From: a virus
Taxonomy: Duplodnaviria; Caudoviricetes
Length of the DNA stretch: 55,869 nucleotides
Direction: 5' to 3' (one strand)
Virus record (IMG/VR): IMGVR_UViG_3300012347_000446
Location: 1-55,869 of that record
A model generated the notes under the pieces. The model made no database searches. It was not told where the DNA came from and worked only from the letters and a program-made list of their open reading frames with translations. Each line of letters begins with the position of its first letter. Position 1 is the stretch's first letter. The position numbers and the translations under genes were made by a program. Of this stretch, positions 1 through 7,077 are shown one piece after another.

Positions 1-73
1 ACATTGCGCTTGCAACTGCAAACGAACCCAAAATTGAAACAAAAGTACCAAACCAGCTCAAGACATTAATCAT
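1..73 (-). CDS. Truncated small membrane protein (MINVLSWFGTFVSILGSFAVASAM...), runs off the window
   Basis: ATG at 73-71, hydrophobic translation, upstream TGn-TATAAT at 114-109. Confidence 0.6.
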   Translation of the reverse strand, partial: MINVLSWFGTFVSILGSFAVASAM

Positions 74-149
74 TTTTTAACCTTTGAATTGTGACGTTTC
101 AAGTCCCAATTATACCACACAAACACGCCACAAATAAAAATAATTGAAA

Positions 150-530
150 TCATTTTCGGGAAATCTCCATTGAGTGAAAGGGGTTAGCCTCAAGCCCATA
201 GTTTACCATAATTTCAGCCCATTTTTTGCCATGCCCGCAAATTTTTTCGCTTTCACCAAACAAATTCCAGTCAGCCTGATGGATAATCTCATGCGGAAGT
301 ATTACATCCATCATGGTATTGAAGTATTCTGGGTTACTTTTGAAAAATTTGTAACCCATTTGTATGCGGTTTTCGCTTTGAAAGCATTTGCCAGCACAAC
401 GCCAAATGTAAGGGTTAAGTTCTACTTTTGGCTCATTGTAGTGAACCAAAGGTGTATATAATTCGCAAAGTGAATCCCAAATCATGCAAGTTTCCCGCCT
501 GATGTGGTGTAAGAGTGCTTTTTTGTCCAT
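150..530 (-). CDS. SprT-like zinc metalloprotease (pre-early)
   Basis: HEIIH (HExxH) plus downstream GHGKKW motif. Start moved to ATG 530 because the longer ORF runs through a palindromic intergenic cassette. Confidence 0.75.
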   Translation of the reverse strand: MDKKALLHHIRRETCMIWDSLCELYTPLVHYNEPKVELNPYIWRCAGKCFQSENRIQMGYKFFKSNPEYFNTMMDVILPHEIIHQADWNLFGESEKICGHGKKWAEIMVNYGLEANPFHSMEISRK

Positions 531-578
531 GCTGAAATTATACCCCATAAAATCCCGATTTTTTGGCCCACACCCCCA

Positions 579-620
579 AAAATAATTGTAACAGTTTGCC
601 AAAACTGTTACAATTATTTT
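579..620. repeat. 19-bp perfect inverted repeat (AAAATAATTGTAACAGTTT-gcca-AAACTGTTACAATTATTTT)
   Basis: Read directly from the sequence. Confidence 0.9.
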
Positions 621-642
621 CGTTGTTTTTTGGGGAAACCCC

Positions 643-718
643 TTGACACGGCCCAATATTATGTGGTATAATATTGGCGCAAAATTGCAAACCAAAGTAT
701 TCATTTTGGTTTGCAAAC
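643..718 (+). promoter_or_regulatory. Repeat cassette copy 1: TTGACA-18-TGnTATAAT promoter with the -10 inside a palindrome, followed by a 12-bp-stem hairpin
   Basis: TTGACA 643, TATAAT 667, CCAATATTAT/ATAATATTGG inverted repeat, TTGCAAACCAAA-GTATTCAT-TTTGGTTTGCAA 685-716. Confidence 0.75.
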
Positions 719-725
719 TCAAGTA

Positions 726-1016
726 TTAAATTTTACGTTTTTGCCATAATTGAAACTCAAGTTTGAATATAATAATGGCAAAACCTTTCACCTCTGGATT
801 AGTTGGTTTTCTATAACCAAACCATTTAGTAACCACGACAATATCAATATCCCAATTAATAATCCACAAAACTTTTACGATTATCATGGCCAATATTGAT
901 AATGGCCAAAAAACAGAAAGTATAACGGCAGCATCAATATCTTGGTAGGGTGTTCTGATGGCAAATGCTATCATCATGATAATCACGCCAGCCATATAAA
1001 CAGTTAATTCAATCAT
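726..1016 (-). CDS. Hypothetical membrane protein
   Basis: 96 aa with two hydrophobic segments; overlaps the upstream ORF by 4 bp. Confidence 0.7.
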   Translation of the reverse strand: MIELTVYMAGVIIMMIAFAIRTPYQDIDAAVILSVFWPLSILAMIIVKVLWIINWDIDIVVVTKWFGYRKPTNPEVKGFAIIIFKLEFQLWQKRKI

Positions 1017-1186
1017 TTTAATTCCTCGGGTTGAAATGCCATAATATCAGAATAAACGTCAACATATTTATGGCATCTATTCAACAATTCTTTGTTTTCC
1101 AGATAATGCCATTCGTTTGTTTTATGGTTAAGGAAGTATTCTAACCCCTCAACCTCCACATATTCCCAAAATTCTTTTTCTGTCAT
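1013..1186 (-). CDS. Hypothetical protein (MTEKEFWEY...)
   Basis: ATG 1186 immediately follows the dmp stop; coupled to the next gene. Confidence 0.65.
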   Translation of the reverse strand: MTEKEFWEYVEVEGLEYFLNHKTNEWHYLENKELLNRCHKYVDVYSDIMAFQPEELK

Positions 1187-1187
1187 T

Positions 1188-1664
1188 TTAGTGGCCTTGT
1201 TTGCTTGGAACATAAACACCACGAATATTGAATCGGTCACAAACCGCTTTTAAATAGGTAGTATTATCTTCATAAAATGTAAATTCGGCATTTTGAAATG
1301 GCTTCAAGTTAAAAAACTTGGTTAATCCAGCGATTTTGAGTTTACCGCCTGAAGTAGTATCACCGTCAACCCGTGAGATAATATAATCAGGCTCGCCCAA
1401 AATGTCACGAATAAACTGATTATCAGCATCACGCAAAACTCGGGCAGTGGCAATAATCACAAAAGTATTTTCATCTTTTAAATCAGCCCGATATTGTGCG
1501 GCCAATGGCAAAAGTGAATCTTCCATTGCACGATATTCATTTTCGCGCCAGTAGTTTAAATCAATACGCTCGCCATTGTCGTCAACAATGGTACGGTATC
1601 TGTGCAAACTGCAAACGATAGTACCATCCATGTCGTAAATTGAAACCTTTGTGATCTTTGCCAT
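1188..1664 (-). CDS. dmp: HAD-family deoxynucleoside-5'-monophosphatase, T5 Dmp-like
   Basis: DxDGT motif (YDMDGTIVCSLHR), DSLLPL, IATAR and FYED motifs resemble T5 Dmp; pre-early context. Confidence 0.8.
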   Translation of the reverse strand: MAKITKVSIYDMDGTIVCSLHRYRTIVDDNGERIDLNYWRENEYRAMEDSLLPLAAQYRADLKDENTFVIIATARVLRDADNQFIRDILGEPDYIISRVDGDTTSGGKLKIAGLTKFFNLKPFQNAEFTFYEDNTTYLKAVCDRFNIRGVYVPSKQGH

Positions 1665-1694
1665 TTTGAACCTCTGTTCGTTGTTGATGTATCA

Positions 1695-1722
1695 ATTATA
1701 TCAGGCTTTTGTGGCTTTGCAA
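1695..1722 (-). promoter_or_regulatory. Sigma70-type promoter for the dmp operon
   Basis: TTGCAA-16-TGaTATAAT on the minus strand; AGAGG SD before the ATG. Confidence 0.65.
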
Positions 1723-1790
1723 TCCCCTAGGCAAATATTTTCGATTGTATTTACCTATTGCCCCGATTGAGAAAATCAATCGCAAAATCC

Positions 1791-1861
1791 TTGACACGCC
1801 CCATTATACTGTGGTATAATGGCGCGCCCGCAAACCAAAGTATTCATTTTGGTTTGCAAAC
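1791..1861 (+). promoter_or_regulatory. Repeat cassette copy 2: TTGACA-18-TGnTATAAT with palindromic -10, followed by the same hairpin
   Basis: TTGACA 1791, TATAAT 1815, CCATTATAC/GTATAATGG inverted repeat; 1830-1861 identical to 687-718. Confidence 0.75.
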
Positions 1862-1868
1862 AAAAGTG

Positions 1869-2000
1869 TTATGCTCCTGTCATCATTGCAAAATAATCCT
1901 CAAATTCTTGATCTGTCCAAACCCAGGCAGGGCACGAGTTCATGAGGGCATCATAGTATGCGCCCGACATATTGTATACAATGTAAGTGTTTGTGTTCAT
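1869..2000 (-). CDS. Small hypothetical protein, 43 aa (MNTNTYIVYNMSGAYYDALMNSCPAWVWTDQEFEDYFAMMTGA)
   Basis: Translated by hand; TATAAT 6 nt upstream of the ATG; fits between a terminator and the repeat cassette. Confidence 0.65.
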   Translation of the reverse strand: MNTNTYIVYNMSGAYYDALMNSCPAWVWTDQEFEDYFAMMTGA

Positions 2001-2016
2001 GAGTGTATTATATCAC

Positions 2017-2044
2017 AAAAAATGTAGGGGCCAAAGCCCCTACA
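2017..2044 (-). terminator. Rho-independent terminator of the A2-like gene
   Basis: TGTAGGGG/CCCCTACA stem followed by T6 on the minus strand. Confidence 0.8.
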
Positions 2045-2049
2045 ATCAA

Positions 2050-2373
2050 TCAGGTCTTTTCAGCCTTGATAAAATCTGCAATCATTTTCAAGGCTGTTTT
2101 GTTAGCTTTGGTTAACGATTCTGTGTCGGCTTCAGACAAGCCCAAGGCTTCGCCGATGTAATCGGCAACTGTATCCTTTTTGATTACGGCTTCGCCAGTT
2201 TTGGAAACATAAGTTTTAGCTTTGTAAACCTTTTCGCGTGACAATTTGGCCACCACGGAACGAACGGTTTTACCCAATTCTGAGGCCATTTGTTCTACAG
2301 TCACGCCAGCCTCATAATCGGCCACCATTTTAGCGGTTTGCTCGGGGGTATAGTTCACAGTTTTTGCAGTCAT
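2050..2373 (-). CDS. T5 A2-like pre-early DNA-binding protein
   Basis: HTH-like N-terminus (VEQMASELGKTVRSVVAKLSREKVY) and C-terminal ESLTKANKTAL resemble T5 A2; AGGAGA SD before ATG 2373; near dmp. Confidence 0.65.
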   Translation of the reverse strand: MTAKTVNYTPEQTAKMVADYEAGVTVEQMASELGKTVRSVVAKLSREKVYKAKTYVSKTGEAVIKKDTVADYIGEALGLSEADTESLTKANKTALKMIADFIKAEKT

Positions 2374-2433
2374 AGTTTTCTCCTGAAAAGTCAAGGGTTA
2401 AGGGAAAGGGTCAAGGCTTCATTACAAAAGCAA

Positions 2434-2462
2434 AGTATAGCACAAAAGGCAAGGCAATGCAA
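2434..2462 (-). promoter_or_regulatory. Promoter for the A2-like gene
   Basis: TTGCAT-17-TGcTATACT. Confidence 0.65.
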
Positions 2463-2495
2463 GCTGCAAATGCCAAGGCATCAAAAAATTCACGT

Positions 2496-2660
2496 TTACT
2501 CATACCAAACATCTCCAGTGATTACACCGTCAATTATAACATAGTATGCGGTCATATAACCGATACGGGCAGAAAAATTGTTGTTGCCGTGTTCGCACAC
2601 GTCATAGGCTCGGGCATCGTGCTGGGCGATGGCTTGAATGGCTTGTTGTTTCGTTGTCAT
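2496..2660 (-). CDS. Small hypothetical protein, 54 aa (MTTKQQAIQAIAQHDARAYDVCEHG...)
   Basis: Translated by hand; TTGCCA-16-TATAAT promoter ends 6 nt before the ATG. Confidence 0.65.
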   Translation of the reverse strand: MTTKQQAIQAIAQHDARAYDVCEHGNNNFSARIGYMTAYYVIIDGVITGDVWYE

Positions 2661-2930
2661 GGGTTTATTATACCCGACTTTTCGGGCTTGGCAAGCCTTT
2701 GCACAAATATTTTTGAATTGTTACAAACTGTTACATATTAGTACCTGAGTTCACAGATTCACACAAGAAACAAAAGTACTCATACGGGGGCGGTTTGAAG
2801 ACTAGAGTACTCACATTTGCCGTGCCACCCACCCACACGGCCTATCAAAGAAAAATCTCACAAAAACTTTGGGTGCCATAACCACTCACAAACCACACCA
2901 ACTCACACAAACCCCACCAAAAAACACCAC

Positions 2931-2960
2931 TTGCCACACCACCACCCCCCATGCTATAAT
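2931..2960 (+). promoter_or_regulatory. Promoter for the terminase genes
   Basis: TTGCCA-18-TGcTATAAT, then AAGGA SD. Confidence 0.7.
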
Positions 2961-2979
2961 CACACCAAAGGATCAACTT

Positions 2980-3447
2980 ATGACGCAAAACCTACCTGCA
3001 GAAACTGTACAAATTGCACCTGAAGCACTGGAAGTAGCCAACTGCTACCTACAACTGCAAGACGCACGCCGCGTTGCAGACGAACTAGACCTACCAGTCT
3101 CACTGGTCACCGAAATCTTAGCCCGACGCGAGGTCAAAAGCTATATCGACCACGTTTTCATGGACACCGGGTTCAACAACAAGTTTGAAATGCGTGCTGC
3201 CATGGACGCCATTATTAAACGGAAGTTTCAGGAGATGCACGAAGCTGATGTGGGGTCCACCAAGGATATCACTGAATTGCTAGCACTTTCACACAAAATG
3301 TCAATGGATTTATTAGACCGTGAAATTCAGCTGGAAAAAGCTCGACAAGTCAACCAGCCGCAAAAGCAAGTTAACGTGCAAATCAACGATGATGGAACCA
3401 AGTACTCCAACCTTATTTCGCGTCTTATTAGTGGAGACGGGGTTTAA
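2980..3447 (+). CDS. terS: Terminase small subunit (T5-like)
   Basis: 155 aa with an HTH-like N-terminus and coiled coil, TAATG-coupled to terL; SD before ATG 2980. Confidence 0.75.
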   Translation: MTQNLPAETVQIAPEALEVANCYLQLQDARRVADELDLPVSLVTEILARREVKSYIDHVFMDTGFNNKFEMRAAMDAIIKRKFQEMHEADVGSTKDITELLALSHKMSMDLLDREIQLEKARQVNQPQKQVNVQINDDGTKYSNLISRLISGDGV

Positions 3448-4733
3448 TGCTAACTGTTAGTCGCCCCGACGTTAACTGTGATGAGATATCCGAGTTTGAT
3501 GCAGCACACAGATTTATCAAACTGCCGATCACAAACTACCTAAAACTCCTAGGTATTTACGAGTCAATCAACCGACCCCAAATCGCACTAATCAACGCAG
3601 TCAACGACCCCAAGTACCGTTTCGTATGCGCTGCACTAGCTCGCCGATTGGGCAAAACCTATATCGCCAACGTGGTTGGGCAACTTGTAAGCCTAGTACC
3701 GGGCTGCAATGTACTTATCATGTCGCCCAACTATAACCTATCCGGCATTTCGTTTGAGCTGCAACGTAAATTAATCAAACACTTTGACTTAGAAGTGTCG
3801 CGTGATAACTTAAAGGACAAAATCATTGAGCTCTCAAACGGTTCTACCATACGTATGGGCAGTTTGTCTACTGTCGATAGTTGTGTGGGTCGCAGCTACG
3901 ATCTTATTATATTTGATGAAGCAGCATTGGGCTCGGATGGAGAAGCTGCTTTCAACGTGGCACTTCGACCTACACTAGACAAGCCTAACTCCAAAGCTAT
4001 TTTTATTTCAACACCACGTGGTCGCAACAACTGGTTTAGCCAATTTTGGAATCGTGGGTTTAGTGATAACTTTCCAGAGTGGGTTAGCTTACAAGCAGAC
4101 TATTCGGAAAACTCTCGCATGGCTGAGTCGGATGTGGCTGAAGCTCGTAAATCAATGTCGCGTGCTGAATTTGAGCAAGAATATCTTGCAAGTTTTACTG
4201 TGTTTGAGGGTCAGATTTATAGCTTAGCTGAGTCGGACATTTGCGAACCGCCTGAGGGCTTACGTGGCGAAGCCATTGCTGGCTGTGACCCCGGATACCG
4301 TGACTACACAGCATTTGTGGTAATTGTCTATGACGAGGTTGCTGACGTGTTCTGGATTGTTGACGAGTACTTGGAAAATGAAGCCACCACCGAACAACAT
4401 GCAGAACGGTTCTTAGCACTCATGAGCAAGTGGGGCGTTGAAGCTGTGTTTATTGACTCGGCTGCTGCACAGTTTGCCAGCGACCTGGCATACATTTATG
4501 ATGTAGCAACCACCAAGGCCAAAAAGGATGTACTACCAGGCATTGCCTATGTGCAAACCATTGTAGCACAAAATCGACTAAAAGTATCACCACACTGCAC
4601 GCATTGTTTAGCAGTGTTTGACCAGTACCGCTGGGATACCAAAGAAGGGCTACAAAAAGAACGACCCAAGCATGACGACTACTCGCACATGGCAGATGCT
4701 ATCAGATATGCGCTTTATACGTACACCTTGTAA
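3447..4733 (+). CDS. terL: Terminase large subunit
   Basis: Walker A ARRLGKT, Walker B IIFDEAA, STPRG coupling motif, RNase H-like DPG...HMADAIRY. Confidence 0.95.
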   Translation: MLTVSRPDVNCDEISEFDAAHRFIKLPITNYLKLLGIYESINRPQIALINAVNDPKYRFVCAALARRLGKTYIANVVGQLVSLVPGCNVLIMSPNYNLSGISFELQRKLIKHFDLEVSRDNLKDKIIELSNGSTIRMGSLSTVDSCVGRSYDLIIFDEAALGSDGEAAFNVALRPTLDKPNSKAIFISTPRGRNNWFSQFWNRGFSDNFPEWVSLQADYSENSRMAESDVAEARKSMSRAEFEQEYLASFTVFEGQIYSLAESDICEPPEGLRGEAIAGCDPGYRDYTAFVVIVYDEVADVFWIVDEYLENEATTEQHAERFLALMSKWGVEAVFIDSAAAQFASDLAYIYDVATTKAKKDVLPGIAYVQTIVAQNRLKVSPHCTHCLAVFDQYRWDTKEGLQKERPKHDDYSHMADAIRYALYTYTL

Positions 4734-5296
4734 TTAAAAAGTCGGTCCCACCAGCTTAGTTTGCTGAGTCTGATTAATTCGTCTTTTCTGGTTAACATTC
4801 TGCTTTTAAACTCATTGGCCAAGTTAACCACATCCAAGTAGTCCTGATTAACAATATACCCATTAGCCTTGTAGTCTGCCAGTGCTTGTTCTGCCTGAGC
4901 TTGATCTTGTTGTGCACGATCAATCTTGTCTTGGCTTGAGTGAATCATTTTAAGGTGATCCCAGGTACCGGCATGCAGTAGTTCTCTGCTTTTGTTAATT
5001 AAAATAGCAACTTCGTTGGTAAGTTCACAATCTGGATAGGTTGTGTTAAGCATGTCAGGGCCTTTAAACTGCTCAATCAACAACTCCTCAAGAATATCAA
5101 TGTGGTCTTTATGACAATCAAAGATTACTTCAGTCTGGGGTAGCCCGCAACGATCGTACTCTAGTTGCATTGGTCGTGCAGCTTTGCCAGTAGCAAATTT
5201 ATTAAAGTGCTGTTTCCAGCGAGTTTCCAAGTCCAGTGATTTACCAATATAGTATTTGCCACTTGAAAAGGTTAGGCGATAGATTCCCGAAGCCAT
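4715..5296 (-). CDS. GIY-YIG nuclease domain protein with C-terminal coiled coil
   Basis: SGIYRL...YYIGKS...RWKQH, conserved E and LN; own promoter and AAGGA SD. Confidence 0.8.
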   Translation of the reverse strand: MASGIYRLTFSSGKYYIGKSLDLETRWKQHFNKFATGKAARPMQLEYDRCGLPQTEVIFDCHKDHIDILEELLIEQFKGPDMLNTTYPDCELTNEVAILINKSRELLHAGTWDHLKMIHSSQDKIDRAQQDQAQAEQALADYKANGYIVNQDYLDVVNLANEFKSRMLTRKDELIRLSKLSWWDRLFNYKVYV

Positions 5297-5314
5297 ATTT
5301 TCCTTAAAAATTCA

Positions 5315-5343
5315 ATTATACCGTGTTTGGCTGCGTGCGTCAA
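5315..5343 (-). promoter_or_regulatory. Promoter for the GIY-YIG gene
   Basis: TTGACG-17-TATAAT. Confidence 0.75.
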
Positions 5344-5377
5344 GTCAAGAGTTTGACCTGCATTAAAAAATATGGTA

Positions 5378-5406
5378 TTGACTTTTGTTTGCATACCATG
5401 TATAAT
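5378..5406 (+). promoter_or_regulatory. Promoter for the HNH/portal/head operon
   Basis: TTGACT-17-TATAAT. Confidence 0.75.
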
Positions 5407-5437
5407 ACTAGTAATCACAAGAAGGTCCAATGTAAAA

Positions 5438-5869
5438 ATGGCCAAAAATACCAATAAACGAATCCCTGTAAAATGGGTTCGTGATCGTGCTAAAGCAGCA
5501 TACGATAAAAAATCAGAGTGTTATATTTGTGACACCACCAAAGACTTAGAGCTGCATCACTTGCACTCTGTTACAATACTCTTGGAAACGTGGGCTGACG
5601 CAAAAGGTTACGATATTTCAACTGACGAAGGCATTTTAGCTGTTCGTGATGAGTTTATTGAAGAACATAAAATTGAGTTATATGAAAAGGTATACACCCT
5701 ATGTAACCCGCATCATGTAGCGCTACACGCCATTTATGGTAAAGCTCCTCAAACAGGCTCCGAACCTAAACAGCAGCGTTGGATTGAATTACAGCGCCAA
5801 AAGCACGTTCATGGTGAAACATCCGTAATCCCTCAAAACCACACCTCGCTTTTCTCAAGATTTATATAG
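5438..5869 (+). CDS. HNH endonuclease (T5 nicking-endonuclease-like, packaging associated)
   Basis: CxxC...ELHH...LCNPHH motifs; lies between terL and portal as in T5. Confidence 0.75.
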   Translation: MAKNTNKRIPVKWVRDRAKAAYDKKSECYICDTTKDLELHHLHSVTILLETWADAKGYDISTDEGILAVRDEFIEEHKIELYEKVYTLCNPHHVALHAIYGKAPQTGSEPKQQRWIELQRQKHVHGETSVIPQNHTSLFSRFI

Positions 5870-5878
5870 GGAAAACCA

Positions 5879-7063
5879 ATGAGTTGGATTACAAAAGCAC
5901 AAGACTGGATTAGCACAAAGCTAAACCCAGCACAAACCCGAATTGCACAAGATGCCGGTACACATGTTGGCAGCGACGCTAAATTAACTTATTTTCAAAG
6001 CTTTCAAAAGCTTGAGTCTGTTAATCGCAGTGTTAGCTTGTTAGTAAACGCTTGCGCAAGCCTAGACTACGACGTCAAAGACAAAGTTCATGACGGTATT
6101 GTCACAGGCATCAGACAAAAAACACTAAACACACTACTTAACTTCAGACCTAACCCGTATCAATCGGCACAAGAGTTTCGCAGTTCACTGTTCACCGATT
6201 ATGTACTAGAAGGCAACGCCTTTGTACACTTTGACGGCGTGTTTATGTATCACCTACCCGCAGACAAAGTTGAAATCTTAACAGATGAAAAAACTTTTAT
6301 TCGCGGCTTTCGCTACAACGGCTTAATAGATTTTAAAGAGTCCGAAGTTTTCTACTTTCGCGACTTGAGTTCAGACTCAATCTATCGTGGCAGCAGCCGT
6401 TTGCAAAGCGCAGATCGCAGCGTTAAATTGCTGTATTCAATGCAGCAGTTCCAAGAAAACTTCTTTGACAACGGAGCTGTGTTTGGTTTAGTACTAACCA
6501 CTGACAACACGCTATCGCAAGTTGCCAAAGAAAAAACAATTGCCTACTGGCTACAAAAGTACAATGTAAAAAATGGCGGCAAAAAGCCTGTTATCTTGGA
6601 TAGCGGCCTAAAACCACATCAGTTAGCCGAAACCAATTTCAAAGACATGGATTTTGATGTAAGCATTAAAACTCATGGTGAAAAGATCATGCAAGCTATT
6701 GGTGTGCCACCAATCTTGCTGCAGGGTGGAAACAATGCTAACATTGCTCCTAACCTGCGATTGTTCTATTTAGAAACGGTACTGCCAATTAACCGCAAAT
6801 TTATCAGTGCTGTTGAACGATACTTTGGTTATGACGTTGAAGCCATTACCAGTTCAGTAAGTGCACTACAACCAGAATTAAAAGACATTGCTGCTTACCA
6901 CGCAACACTGGTAAATGGTGGTATTATTAGTCCAAACGAAGCTCGCGTAGAGTTGCGTTATGAACCAAAGCCGGGCAATGACGATTTACGTATTCCAGCA
7001 AACATTGCTGGAAGCGCAGCAAATCCTAGCACTGGAGGACGTCCCGCCTCCGCCAAGGAATAA
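5879..7063 (+). CDS. HK97-family portal protein
   Basis: RPNPYQS, LEGNAF, YRGSSRL, IGVPPILL, SPNEAR motifs. Confidence 0.95.
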   Translation: MSWITKAQDWISTKLNPAQTRIAQDAGTHVGSDAKLTYFQSFQKLESVNRSVSLLVNACASLDYDVKDKVHDGIVTGIRQKTLNTLLNFRPNPYQSAQEFRSSLFTDYVLEGNAFVHFDGVFMYHLPADKVEILTDEKTFIRGFRYNGLIDFKESEVFYFRDLSSDSIYRGSSRLQSADRSVKLLYSMQQFQENFFDNGAVFGLVLTTDNTLSQVAKEKTIAYWLQKYNVKNGGKKPVILDSGLKPHQLAETNFKDMDFDVSIKTHGEKIMQAIGVPPILLQGGNNANIAPNLRLFYLETVLPINRKFISAVERYFGYDVEAITSSVSALQPELKDIAAYHATLVNGGIISPNEARVELRYEPKPGNDDLRIPANIAGSAANPSTGGRPASAKE

Positions 7064-7077
7064 CACAAAGGGGTATT

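Noticed and set aside
531-722. N-terminal 64 aa of the 190-aa ORF 150-722
   Set aside because: Runs through palindromes and promoter elements; the true start is more plausibly ATG 530
643-1861. Repeated palindromic 32-mer as a CRISPR repeat
   Set aside because: Only two copies 1.1 kb apart separated by genes; no spacer periodicity and no cas genes
1758-3023. Plus-strand ORFs 1758-2027, 2290-2544, 2457-2741 and 2817-3023
   Set aside because: They overlap better-supported minus-strand genes or low-complexity DNA and lack SD sites
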